DNA from: Candidatus Latescibacterota bacterium
Lineage (GTDB): Bacteria; Latescibacterota; UBA2968
DNA length: 64,000 bases
Assembly: GCA_965208125.1 (NCBI GenBank)
Contig: OZ242320.1
Location: forward strand, 832,001 to 896,000
Direction: 5' to 3'
In this document: positions 47,542-57,403 of the stretch, piece after piece
Layout of the letters: every line of letters starts with the position of its first letter
Position numbering within the stretch: position 1 is the first letter of the stretch
Notes under the pieces: generated by a model
Told to the model about the DNA's origin: nothing
Seen by the model: the letters and a program-made list of their open reading frames with translations, nothing else
Databases searched by the model: none
Program-made: the position numbers and the translations under genes

Positions 47542-49497
47542 GTGTCAATTCGCGCTACCGACATACAGGAGCCCCAACCCCTGAAGCAACGATCACCCTG
47601 GTGGGCAATTGCACTGGCCGTATTGATCACCGTATCAATCAACGCAATCATCCCCTATACCCATCATTACATGCACACCATATCACTGGTCGAAGGCATG
47701 ATACCGATGGGTATTTTTATGCCATTTCTGGTACTGATCTTTATCGTAAATCCCGTATTACGCGCTCTGGGATATGCATTACAACCCTGGGAATTGATCT
47801 TCATTTTTGCGGTAGGCTACGTGAGCATGTCCATCAATGAACTGCTCGGGCGCGTACTGGCAACCTATGCTGTAATGCACTACATGGCAACGCCGGAAAA
47901 CCTCTGGGAAGAATATGTCTTTGGTCTCGTCCAACCCTATCTCGTAGTCGAAGATGCCAAAGATCAATTGGCCTGGTTTTACGAGGGCTTGCCGCGCAAC
48001 GCAATCATCCCCTGGGCAATCTGGATACGCCCCACATTCTGGTGGCTGAGCTTTATCGCCGCGCTCGGCCTGGGATCAGTCGCACTGGCGACAATCCTGC
48101 GCCGGCAATGGGTCGAGCAAGAGCGGTTGCCATTTCCCTTTGCACAAGTCGCCGAAGAACTCGCCGAAACAGCGGGGCCAAAGGGATTTCCCGAATACAT
48201 GAAACAGCCGTTATTCTGGGCTGGCTTTTCCATTCCCGCAGTTATCGTCCTCTGGTACATCATCGGCTACTTCGATCCCAGCTTCCCCGTAATTACCGTG
48301 GGGATTCAGAATCACACGATCTCACTGGGACGGTACGTGCCCTACCTGCACGGGCGGCTCAACTTTTTAATTATCGGGTTTGCGTACTTTACCGATCTAC
48401 AGGTCTTATTTTCGATCTGGGTATTCTGGGTACTCACCTGGCTTCAAATAGGGATGACCAATAGGCTGGGTCTGGCAGAGGGACTGGGAGAATTTGCCGG
48501 CACGCGGCAGCAAGCACTGGGGGGATTTATCGTATTTTGTCTGTGGGGATTGTGGATTGCGAGGCACCATCTCAAAGCAGTATTTCAACAGGCATTTCAT
48601 CAAATAAAAAATATAGACGACCAGAACGAATTGATGTCTTACCGCACTGCAGTCGCCACATTTCTCGCCTGTGCGCTATTTGCCATGTTCTGGTTATTCA
48701 AGGGAGGGATGACACCGTTTTGGGCAGTATTGGTCACGATATTCTGGTTTGTTTTTTACACCGGATTTGCCAAAATCGTAGCAATGACCGGACTCGTATT
48801 CCTGGAATCGCCCAGCAGTCTGGGCACTGGCATAATGGGATTCGCACCGCCCGATTCACTGTCGCCAAACACAATTGCCATGCGGCAACAAGTGGGCAGC
48901 ATGTATCAAAATGGCAAAAGCTTCACCATGCCCGCGGCTGCCCATGCCGCGCGGTTGAGTATCGGCCTGGGCAATCGAGCGCGTGTATTGGGCTTAACCA
49001 TCGCATTTGCATTTGTATTTTCCCTCATTGCCGCCGCCGCATCGACAATTTATCTGGGCTATACTGACGGTGCATTTAATTTTGGCTCGTACATGTTCCG
49101 GGTTGCCGCACCGCGTTATTACGACGGCATTGTATCGTCCATCCGCGACATTGGCAAAGAGACCCACTACGGTCTTCGGATGGCATTTACCGCATTTGGC
49201 GCGCTGACAATGGGCATCTTAACCCTCTGCCAATACCGATTCACCTGGTGGCCTCTCCATCCTATCGGTTTTACAGTCGTAACCTTTTATTCGGCGCGCA
49301 CCGCCATTTTATCCGTATTTCTCACCTGGCTAATTAAATTTATTATATTCCGCCTGGGAGGAATCGCGCTATATCGCAGGGCAAAACCCTTTTTCATCGG
49401 CATAATCGTGGGATACACCCTATCGCTCATAGTGAGCATGGGCGTCGATCTCATCTGGTTCCCCGGGCAAGGGCACAATCTATATTGGGGAGACTAA
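47542..49497 (+). CDS. Polytopic membrane protein, DUF6785/DUF6784-like
   Basis: Many TMs; IPWAIWIRP, RRQWVEQERLPFP, WWPLHPIGF, GGIALYRRAKPFFIG. Confidence 0.7.
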   Translation: MSIRATDIQEPQPLKQRSPWWAIALAVLITVSINAIIPYTHHYMHTISLVEGMIPMGIFMPFLVLIFIVNPVLRALGYALQPWELIFIFAVGYVSMSINELLGRVLATYAVMHYMATPENLWEEYVFGLVQPYLVVEDAKDQLAWFYEGLPRNAIIPWAIWIRPTFWWLSFIAALGLGSVALATILRRQWVEQERLPFPFAQVAEELAETAGPKGFPEYMKQPLFWAGFSIPAVIVLWYIIGYFDPSFPVITVGIQNHTISLGRYVPYLHGRLNFLIIGFAYFTDLQVLFSIWVFWVLTWLQIGMTNRLGLAEGLGEFAGTRQQALGGFIVFCLWGLWIARHHLKAVFQQAFHQIKNIDDQNELMSYRTAVATFLACALFAMFWLFKGGMTPFWAVLVTIFWFVFYTGFAKIVAMTGLVFLESPSSLGTGIMGFAPPDSLSPNTIAMRQQVGSMYQNGKSFTMPAAAHAARLSIGLGNRARVLGLTIAFAFVFSLIAAAASTIYLGYTDGAFNFGSYMFRVAAPRYYDGIVSSIRDIGKETHYGLRMAFTAFGALTMGILTLCQYRFTWWPLHPIGFTVVTFYSARTAILSVFLTWLIKFIIFRLGGIALYRRAKPFFIGIIVGYTLSLIVSMGVDLIWFPGQGHNLYWGD

Positions 49498-49991
49498 ACT
49501 TCAAACACCTGCGACACCCAATCGGACAATCGGGTATTGAGCGGTTTTAACATCACGAGTGCATCTTCGCGGGGGTGTGTATAATACGCTTTTCTAATCG
49601 CCAGAGTCTCAAACCCCATCTTCTTATAGAGATCAATGGCAGCACAATTGGACATACGCACTTCCAGAGACACCACGCGCGCCCTTGTCTCCAACAGATC
49701 AAATACAGCTTTTAGCGTTCTTCTACCCAACCCCATCTTTTGAAAATCAGGTGCAATAGCAAAATTCACCAGATGAAACTCCCGATCAATCAAAAAACCC
49801 ACAACATAGCCCACAATCTCGCACTCGACCATAACCACCCGGCAAAAACCGTTTTCGCGACTGCGCGCAAACTCAAAATCACGCCGTTTCCAGGGAGAGG
49901 AAAAAACAGCCCTTTCAATCTTTATAACCCGGTCGAAATGCGAAGGGACCATCTCCACCAGCACGGGTGTCATCGAATTATCCATCACCAC
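49494..49991 (-). CDS. rimI: Ribosomal-protein-alanine N-acetyltransferase
   Basis: IERAVFSSPW, LEVRMSN..AIDLYKKMGF..RKAYY..EDALVM; follows tsaB. Confidence 0.88.
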   Translation of the reverse strand: MVMDNSMTPVLVEMVPSHFDRVIKIERAVFSSPWKRRDFEFARSRENGFCRVVMVECEIVGYVVGFLIDREFHLVNFAIAPDFQKMGLGRRTLKAVFDLLETRARVVSLEVRMSNCAAIDLYKKMGFETLAIRKAYYTHPREDALVMLKPLNTRLSDWVSQVFEV

Positions 49992-50691
49992 TCAACCGCG
50001 CTTCTCGCACGCGCTCTGCTTGTGTTCGCCGCAAATAAAAAGGCTCTGCCGTCTCCGCATCATCCACCTCTCCCCGTTCGCAACGCACCTGCCCCAGCAG
50101 CGCAACAGCCCCAGCAGTGGGACGACCCAGAGTGGCAAAATACACATCTCGTCCCAACGCATCGACAATAACATCGCGATAAGCCTGGGCGCCATCTCCC
50201 ACTACAGTCACGGGACGCGGCAGACGCGTAACCCAATTGGAAACCGCATCTGCGCGATCGGGCATTCTCGAAATCGGGTCCCCTGCAACGAGATCATATA
50301 CCCCCGCATACACATCGCCTCGCCGAGCATCCAGCATCGGACAAACGGGCACCCCCTCTACCCCCGTCCCAAAAGCCATTGCCGCAAGGGTTGACACGCA
50401 CACAAACACAAGATCCGCACCGCGACACAACCCCTTTGCCAGACCCATACCGATACGCAACCCCGTAAACGAACCGGGACCAGCAGCCACAGCCACGCCA
50501 TCCAGATCGCCAACACTTAAACCCGCTTCCCGCAACACCATTTCAACCATCGGCTGCAACCGTTCCGAATGATGTGAACCCATTTCCAAAGTGTATTCCA
50601 CAATCACGCGGGCATCGCATGATAGAGCCACACTGCACACCGCTGTTGAAGTCTCAATACCCAAAAATTTTGTCACCTTACAATACCTCAA
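49978..50691 (-). CDS. tsaB: tRNA t6A biosynthesis protein TsaB
   Basis: [32 protein letters not shown]; start could be GTG 50676. Confidence 0.92.
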   Translation of the reverse strand: MRYCKVTKFLGIETSTAVCSVALSCDARVIVEYTLEMGSHHSERLQPMVEMVLREAGLSVGDLDGVAVAAGPGSFTGLRIGMGLAKGLCRGADLVFVCVSTLAAMAFGTGVEGVPVCPMLDARRGDVYAGVYDLVAGDPISRMPDRADAVSNWVTRLPRPVTVVGDGAQAYRDVIVDALGRDVYFATLGRPTAGAVALLGQVRCERGEVDDAETAEPFYLRRTQAERVREARLSGDG

Positions 50692-51713
50692 AACAACGTA
50701 CTTTGTGGCTCTTCTTCAGGCGGTGTTTTCCCCAAATGCAAATATGCCCGCGCCGTTGCCTGACGCCCCCGATGCGTGCGCACCAGGAACCCCTCCTGAA
50801 TCAGATAGGGTTCATACACTTCCTCCAGCGTATCTGTCTCTTCACTCAGCGCAGCACCCAGATTATTCAAACCAACGGGACCCCCGTCGAATTTATCGAT
50901 CAGCGTTTCCAACAATCGGCGATCCATTTCATCCAACCCCTTTGCATCCACCCCCAACAATGCCAGTGCCTTAACCGCAACTTCTTCTGTAATCACCCCA
51001 TCGGCGCGCGCCTGTGCATAATCGCGAGACCGCGACAACTGACGCCCGGCAATGCGCGCTGTTCCCCGCGACCTGTGGGCAATCACATGTGCGGCATCCT
51101 CTTCAATCTCAATGCCCAAAATACGCGCAGCCCTCATCACAATGGCCTGCAACTCTTTGGGAGCGTAAAAATCCAGCCGCTCCAGCAAACCAAAGCGCGT
51201 TCGCATCGGCGCTGTGAGCAATCCCATTCGCGTTGTTGCGCCCACCATAGTAAAAGGTTCAAGCGGAATTTGATACGACCTGGCACTCGGTCCGCTATCG
51301 ATCATAATATCCAGCGTAAAATCCTCCATTGCCGAATACAAATGTTCTTCTACCACCCGATTCATGCGATGAATCTCGTCGATAAACAGCACATCGCGCT
51401 CATTCAAATTCGTCAAAATCCCCGCCAGATCAGCTGGGCGTTCAAGCACCGGTCCCGATGTCACATGAATTTCGACCCCAAGCTCGTGCGCTATCACATA
51501 AGCCATCGTCGTTTTGCCCAGACCGGGAGGCCCGTGCAACAAAATGTGATCCATAGCCTCATTGCGATGACGCGCAGCCTCCACAGCAATACGCAAATTC
51601 GTCTTCGCCTTTTCTTGCCCGACCATATCGTCAAATCGAATCGGACGAATCCGTTGATCGCGCTCAAAATCGTCGCCATCCTGAAACTCGGGATCGGTAA
51701 ATCGTTCATCCAT
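50688..51713 (-). CDS. ruvB: Holliday junction branch migration helicase RuvB
   Basis: [32 protein letters not shown]. Confidence 0.97.
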   Translation of the reverse strand: MDERFTDPEFQDGDDFERDQRIRPIRFDDMVGQEKAKTNLRIAVEAARHRNEAMDHILLHGPPGLGKTTMAYVIAHELGVEIHVTSGPVLERPADLAGILTNLNERDVLFIDEIHRMNRVVEEHLYSAMEDFTLDIMIDSGPSARSYQIPLEPFTMVGATTRMGLLTAPMRTRFGLLERLDFYAPKELQAIVMRAARILGIEIEEDAAHVIAHRSRGTARIAGRQLSRSRDYAQARADGVITEEVAVKALALLGVDAKGLDEMDRRLLETLIDKFDGGPVGLNNLGAALSEETDTLEEVYEPYLIQEGFLVRTHRGRQATARAYLHLGKTPPEEEPQSTLF

Positions 51714-51731
51714 AAAATAGCCTTATGACCG

Positions 51732-52328
51732 CTAAATACTCCTCAACGCTCGCTTAATCACTTCCTCAATCGGCGCATCGTCGCCCATCTCCTGCAAAAC
51801 AGTCGCAACAACTTTGCGCGCCTGCACTGGATTCGCGCCCAAACCAGATAGGGCAGCAGCGGCTTCGTCTAATACATCGGGATCTGCATGCCCCACGGCA
51901 TCGGAAGTAAAATCTTCTGGCGCAATATCGCCAATCTTGTCCTTCATCTCCAGCACCAGACGCTGCGCGAGTTTTTGACCAATGCCTTTAATGCGCGTCA
52001 GCCCCCGAGCATCTTCTGCGGCAACCAACCGCCTGAAATCGGCAATGGGAATACCCGACAAAATTTTCAATGCCATCGGTGGACCAATACCCGAAACCGC
52101 GATCAGGCGCTCAAACAAATCGCGCTCGGCCACTGAAGCAAATCCGTAAAGCGTCATCGCGTCTTCCCGTACATGCAAATGCGTGAGAATTTTTACGCGC
52201 CCATCCTCAACCAAAAGCGATTCATAGCTCGACAGTGAAATATTGACGTGATACCCCACGCCCTGAACATCGACAATAACATGGGTCGGGTGTTTTTCGA
52301 TCAGTAGCCCTTGTAGAAACGCAATCAT
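51732..52328 (-). CDS. ruvA: Holliday junction DNA-binding protein RuvA
   Basis: MIAFLQG, GVGY, VREDAMTLYGF, VSGIGP, KGIGQK. Confidence 0.95.
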   Translation of the reverse strand: MIAFLQGLLIEKHPTHVIVDVQGVGYHVNISLSSYESLLVEDGRVKILTHLHVREDAMTLYGFASVAERDLFERLIAVSGIGPPMALKILSGIPIADFRRLVAAEDARGLTRIKGIGQKLAQRLVLEMKDKIGDIAPEDFTSDAVGHADPDVLDEAAAALSGLGANPVQARKVVATVLQEMGDDAPIEEVIKRALRSI

Positions 52329-52332
52329 TGTA

Positions 52333-52956
52333 TCATCTTCCCCTTCGATTCAAACGCCGCCGCGACTTCGCACTCACGCCGATCTCCTTGAGTTTCTCAT
52401 CAAAACGACTCTGCTCTCTACCACCCTGTTTCAACGCCTCAATCTTCTCTGCCAGTTTATTTTGCCGTACCCCAGATCCCTGCACAGCGACCTTCTGATG
52501 CGCGTGGCACAGGGCAATCGCCACGGCATCTGTCGCATCAAATCCCTGATCCACTGCTTCTTTCCCAAGCAATCGCTGGATCATAAACTGCACCTGTTCT
52601 TTGGACGCACCCCCCCGGCCCACAACAGCTCTTTTCACTTCGCGGGGCGAGTACTCAAAAATGGGCAAATCGGAATTGGCCAGCGCCGTCACAATAGCCC
52701 CTCGCGCCTGACATAACTTAATCAGCGATTGTGTATTGACACCGTAAAAAACAGATTCAAGCGCGACTTCATGCGGGCCTGCATCTGCGACCAGCGCGAG
52801 CAAGTGATCGTAGATATAGAGCAAGCGCCGGGGGAAAGACAATTTATTACCGGGTCGAATACAGCCGCATTGCAGCAACCGATTTTTCCGATTCTGGTGC
52901 TCAACCAGACCAAAACCAGTCACCACACTACCCGGATCAATACCCAGAATGATCAC
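52333..52956 (-). CDS. ruvC: Crossover junction endodeoxyribonuclease RuvC with C-terminal extension
   Basis: ILGIDPG, ALESVF, EYSPREVK, DATDAVAIALCH; start moved to GTG 52956. Confidence 0.93.
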   Translation of the reverse strand: MIILGIDPGSVVTGFGLVEHQNRKNRLLQCGCIRPGNKLSFPRRLLYIYDHLLALVADAGPHEVALESVFYGVNTQSLIKLCQARGAIVTALANSDLPIFEYSPREVKRAVVGRGGASKEQVQFMIQRLLGKEAVDQGFDATDAVAIALCHAHQKVAVQGSGVRQNKLAEKIEALKQGGREQSRFDEKLKEIGVSAKSRRRLNRRGR

Positions 52957-53050
52957 GCGGACCACCTTTTGAAGTGTGGAATGGTGTACAACTGGTCGCA
53001 GTCCAGACCAGTTCACGATGAAGTGTGAAGTGCGAAGGGGGAGGGGAAAA

Positions 53051-53800
53051 TCAAGCTGTCAGGGCTGATAGTTCACTATCGTCAATCTCAAAATTGGCAT
53101 ATACCCGCTGCACATCGTCATTGTCTTCGAGCATTTCCATCAAGGTTAACAATTGCTGCGCGGTTTTGCCTTCAACGGGCACAGTACTTTGCGGAACGCG
53201 CGTCAATTCAGCGCGTTCAATCTCAATGCCCGCACCTTCAACCGCCTTGCGAACGCTTTCAAAATCGGGCAGGGATGCATAAACTTCATAGACATTCTCT
53301 TCTTCTGCAATATCCTCGGCACCGGCATCCAACACCACCAGCATTATCTCTTCCTCTTCCACACCCTCTTTGGGCACCGAAATCAGCCCCTTTTGCTCAA
53401 ACACCCATGCCACGGCGCCGCTTTCGGCCATACTGCCGTTGTATTTGCTAAACAAATGCCGCACTTCGGACACCGTGCGATTGCGATTATCTGTCAGAGT
53501 TTCAATAAACATGGCCACACCGCCCGGCCCGTACCCCTCGTAAATCGCACCTTCATAAGACTCGCCTTCAAGCTCTCCCGTACCCTTTTTAATCGCGCGA
53601 TCAATATTGACCATGGGCATATTTTCCGCCTTCGCACTCAGAACAGCCGCACGCAGACGAGGGTTATTCGCTTCATCGCCGCCACCCTCGCGGGCAGCCA
53701 CAGTAATCTCTCGAATCAATTTGGTAAACGCCTTGCCTCGAGCCGCATCCTGACGGCTCTTGCGATGCTTGATATTTGCCCATTTAGAATGTCCAGCCAT
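53051..53800 (-). CDS. yebC: YebC/PmpR family protein
   Basis: MAGHSKWANIKHRK, YEGYGPGG, TDNRNRT, DDVQRVYAN. Confidence 0.96.
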   Translation of the reverse strand: MAGHSKWANIKHRKSRQDAARGKAFTKLIREITVAAREGGGDEANNPRLRAAVLSAKAENMPMVNIDRAIKKGTGELEGESYEGAIYEGYGPGGVAMFIETLTDNRNRTVSEVRHLFSKYNGSMAESGAVAWVFEQKGLISVPKEGVEEEEIMLVVLDAGAEDIAEEENVYEVYASLPDFESVRKAVEGAGIEIERAELTRVPQSTVPVEGKTAQQLLTLMEMLEDNDDVQRVYANFEIDDSELSALTA

Positions 53801-53889
53801 TCTGCCATACTCCTTTATTTACAGGTCTCCTATTACCTTGATCCAAATGTAGTCAGAAGCCCGCAGTTGTGCAATAGGAAATACGCTAT

Positions 53890-55320
53890 TTACGACGCGC
53901 GAATCTGCAACATATCCATAAATTCCCACACGGGCATCGTATCCAAATCCGAACTTTCAAACACAGCTAAAATATCTCGCACCTGCTGTGCCTCAAACCG
54001 CGTCGTCATATTTTCCACAAACTTTTCCACCAGCAAGGGCGTGGCCTCCTGCCGCCTTCTTCGATGCCCAATGGGATATTCAACCGTCACGGACTCTGTG
54101 GCCGATCCATCTTCGAAAAACACCTGCACAGTATTGGCAATTGACCGCTTGTGCGGGTCGTGATAATTCCGCGTAAACCGCGCGTTTTCCGTCACCACCA
54201 TCTTTTCTCTCAACACATCAATACGCGCGTCCTCAGCGCGCTCCTCTTCATAGTCATCTGCGGTCAAATCGCCAAAAATCAGCCCTATCGCCACCATATA
54301 TTGCAAGCAGTGGTCCCGATCTGCGGGATTGTACAGCGGACCGGTCTTATCGATAATTTTAATAGCCGCTTCGTGGGTCTCAATCGCCACCCGCTCGACT
54401 GCATCCAAACGCGGCGCCACCTCATCGTGCAATGCAAACGCAGCTTCTACCGCTGTCTGTGCGTGAAATTCGGCGGGAAAAGACACCTTGAACAACACAT
54501 TTTCCATCACATAAGAGCCATACAAACGTTGGAACTGAAACCGATCGCCATTCCACAAGCGGTCGTAAAAACCCCACACGGGTGCAGATAGAGCCGTTGG
54601 ATATCCCATCTCACCGCGCCTTGTCTGCAATGCCAAAAATACACCGCGTGCTGTCGCATCTCCCGCCGCCCAACTCTTGCGCGAACCCGTATTGGGCGCA
54701 TGCCGATAGGTTCGCAAAGGCCCCAAATCACACCACACCTGCGACAAGGCATTGACCACCTGCGCCTCATCACAGCCCAACAACCCAGCAGAGACCGCTG
54801 CACTCGCCAACTTCACCAAAATCACATGATCCAGTCCCCGGGCATTAAAACTGTTTTCCAGCGCCATCACGCCCTGAATCTCGTGCGCCTTGATCATCGC
54901 CACGAGCATATCCCGCATCACCAGCCCTTCTCTCCCCTGTGCCCATTGCGTGCGCGACATCCAGTCCGCCACCCCGAGAATTGCACCCAGATTATCCGAA
55001 GGATGGCCCCACTCTGCCGCCAACCACGTATCGTTAAAATCCAGCCAGCGCACCAGTGTCCCAATATTAAACGCGGCAGTCACCGGATCGAGTTCGCAAT
55101 CAGTACCCGGCACCCGCGCACCGTGCGGCACAATTGTTCCCGGCACCACGGGACCGAGCATCTTCGTACACTCAGAAAACCGCAATGCCAGCACCGCACA
55201 CCCCAAACTATCCATCAGACACAAACGAGCCGTCTGAAAAGCCTCTGCGGAGTTCACCTCACAATTCAGCACGTACTGTGCAATAGTCACCAGCTCTCTA
55301 TCCGGTGTCCGATCATCCAT
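53890..55320 (-). CDS. prpD: 2-methylcitrate dehydratase
   Basis: [59 protein letters not shown]; start moved to ATG 55320. Confidence 0.95.
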   Translation of the reverse strand: MDDRTPDRELVTIAQYVLNCEVNSAEAFQTARLCLMDSLGCAVLALRFSECTKMLGPVVPGTIVPHGARVPGTDCELDPVTAAFNIGTLVRWLDFNDTWLAAEWGHPSDNLGAILGVADWMSRTQWAQGREGLVMRDMLVAMIKAHEIQGVMALENSFNARGLDHVILVKLASAAVSAGLLGCDEAQVVNALSQVWCDLGPLRTYRHAPNTGSRKSWAAGDATARGVFLALQTRRGEMGYPTALSAPVWGFYDRLWNGDRFQFQRLYGSYVMENVLFKVSFPAEFHAQTAVEAAFALHDEVAPRLDAVERVAIETHEAAIKIIDKTGPLYNPADRDHCLQYMVAIGLIFGDLTADDYEEERAEDARIDVLREKMVVTENARFTRNYHDPHKRSIANTVQVFFEDGSATESVTVEYPIGHRRRRQEATPLLVEKFVENMTTRFEAQQVRDILAVFESSDLDTMPVWEFMDMLQIRAS

Positions 55321-55336
55321 GGCAGTCCTCAAACCA

Positions 55337-56440
55337 TTAACCCCTGTCTTCTATCGGCATATAATCTCGCGCCTCTACCCCCGTGTATTCTGCCAGAGGC
55401 CGAATCAGCCTGTTATCCGCCCGCTGCTCCACCACATGAGCAGCCCAACCGCTACAACGACTGAGCACAAATACAGGTGTGAAAAGCGCCGTCTCGATAC
55501 CAGCCATATGATACGCTGTTGCCGAATAAAAATCCAGATTTGGAAACAATTTTTTTTCATCCCACATAACCCGCTCAATCACTTCAGAAATCTCGTACAG
55601 ACGCATATCGCCCATTGCTTCACTCACCTGACGCGCCCAATCTTTAATAATCGCATTGCGCGGATCTCGCACGCGGTAAACCCCGTGCCCAAACCCCATA
55701 ATCAATTCTCTGCGCGCCAGCATCTCTCGCACACCTGTTGCCGCGTCTTCGGAGGTCTCGAACTGCTCGATCAATTCCATTGCCCGCTCGTTCGCGCCCC
55801 CGTGCAAAGGCCCGCTCAAAGTGCCAATTGCCCCGGTAATACATCCATAAAAATCGGCAAGCGTAGAAGCGCATACTCTCGCCGTGAATGTCGAGGCATT
55901 AAACTCGTGCTCGGCATACAAAATCAACGACGCATCCATCAGCCGACATTCCAACTCCGAAGGCACCTCCTCTTTGAGCATATGCAAAATATAAGTCGCG
56001 TGCTCATCCACATCCACATCCAAAACATCAGTCCCTATATGCCAGACCCCCAGCATAGAGGGCAACGCTCCTAAAAGCCTTACAGCCACAGCCTCACCAT
56101 CTGCCAAATCTCGCTCTGGCTCGGCAATGCCAAGCGCCGATACACCGGTTCGCAAAACATCCATCGGATGTGCATCTGAAGGCAGCGAACTCAGAATCCG
56201 CACAACCAGATCTGGCAACTGCCGGTGCGCCCGCAACTGCGTTTTCAATGCATCCAATTCCCTTTGAGTAGGCAGTGTATCCCACAACAGCAAATGCACA
56301 ATTTCCTCAAAACAGGCATATTGTGCCAGGTCTTCAATAGCATAGCCCCGATAGTGCAAACCGTGACCTTCCGCCCCCACAGTACAAATCGACGTACTAC
56401 CAGCCTTAACACCTCTCAAGCCTGTCGTCTGTTTGCTCAC
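55337..56440 (-). CDS. prpC: 2-methylcitrate synthase
   Basis: [31 protein letters not shown]; between prpB and prpD. Confidence 0.9.
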   Translation of the reverse strand: MSKQTTGLRGVKAGSTSICTVGAEGHGLHYRGYAIEDLAQYACFEEIVHLLLWDTLPTQRELDALKTQLRAHRQLPDLVVRILSSLPSDAHPMDVLRTGVSALGIAEPERDLADGEAVAVRLLGALPSMLGVWHIGTDVLDVDVDEHATYILHMLKEEVPSELECRLMDASLILYAEHEFNASTFTARVCASTLADFYGCITGAIGTLSGPLHGGANERAMELIEQFETSEDAATGVREMLARRELIMGFGHGVYRVRDPRNAIIKDWARQVSEAMGDMRLYEISEVIERVMWDEKKLFPNLDFYSATAYHMAGIETALFTPVFVLSRCSGWAAHVVEQRADNRLIRPLAEYTGVEARDYMPIEDRG

Positions 56441-56463
56441 AATATCCTCCTATCATGTCGGTC

Positions 56464-56500
56464 AAAAAAAGGTCGTGAGCATTTTCACTCACGACCTTTT
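56464..56500. terminator. Terminator-like hairpin between prpB and prpC
   Basis: AAAAGGTCGTGAG/CTCACGACCTTTT 13-bp stem with a U-tract on the minus strand. Confidence 0.7.
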
Positions 56501-56523
56501 CTCGCAAAATCTCCTCAGGTGAT

Positions 56524-57399
56524 TCACGCGCCATAAATTCGATTAACCTGCGCCTCATACCTGTAATAATCCAGCAATTCGTAAAGTTCTTCCCGCGTCT
56601 GCATCTCGTTTATCAACGTCCCCTGTGCGCCCTGTGTCCGCAGCGTTTTATACGCCCGATAAGCAACTGCATTCATCATTCTAAACGCCGTGAGAGGATA
56701 CAGCACCATGGCGACACCCGCACCTCTCATCTCGTCCAGATCAAACAGAGGCGTTTGCCCAAACTCGGTGAGATTCGCCAGCACGGGTACAGAGAGATTA
56801 TGGGCAAAGCTGTGGAAATCCTCCAGTGAACACAAGCTCTCTGCAAAAATCGCATCCGCACCGGCAGCAATGTATTCCTGGGCGCGATTGAGTCCGCACG
56901 CCAGACCTTCATTGGCTACGGAATCCGTTCGCGCCATAATCACAAACTCTCTGTCTGACCGCGCATCAACTGCTGCCTTGATTCGGTCGCACATCTCATC
57001 GGCAGGTACCACCTGCTTTCCGGGGCGATGTCCACAGCGTTTTTGCAATACCTGGTCTTCAATATGAACAGCGGCAACGCCAATTTTTTCCAGCGTCTTT
57101 ACCGCGCGACCAATCGAAAAAGAAGTGCCACCGAACCCGGTATCGATGTCAACCAGCAGCGGCAAATCCACCACATCTGTAATCCGCCGGGCATCCTCGA
57201 CCACATTATCCAGCGTTGTAATACCCAAATCGGGCAAACCATAAGAAGCAGCAGCCACGCCCGAACCGGAAAGATAAAGCGCGCGAAATCCCGCTTGTTT
57301 TGCCATCAGCGCAGATACGGCATTGATGGTACCCACAATTTGCAAGGGTCGTTCGGCATCCAGTGCCGCCCTGAACCTGCGCCCGGCTGACATCACCAT
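56524..57399 (-). CDS. prpB: 2-methylisocitrate lyase
   Basis: YLSGSG, GLPDLG, VDIDTGFG, EDQVLQKRCGHRPGK, NLTEFGQTP. Confidence 0.95.
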   Translation of the reverse strand: MVMSAGRRFRAALDAERPLQIVGTINAVSALMAKQAGFRALYLSGSGVAAASYGLPDLGITTLDNVVEDARRITDVVDLPLLVDIDTGFGGTSFSIGRAVKTLEKIGVAAVHIEDQVLQKRCGHRPGKQVVPADEMCDRIKAAVDARSDREFVIMARTDSVANEGLACGLNRAQEYIAAGADAIFAESLCSLEDFHSFAHNLSVPVLANLTEFGQTPLFDLDEMRGAGVAMVLYPLTAFRMMNAVAYRAYKTLRTQGAQGTLINEMQTREELYELLDYYRYEAQVNRIYGA

Positions 57400-57403
57400 C
57401 TCC

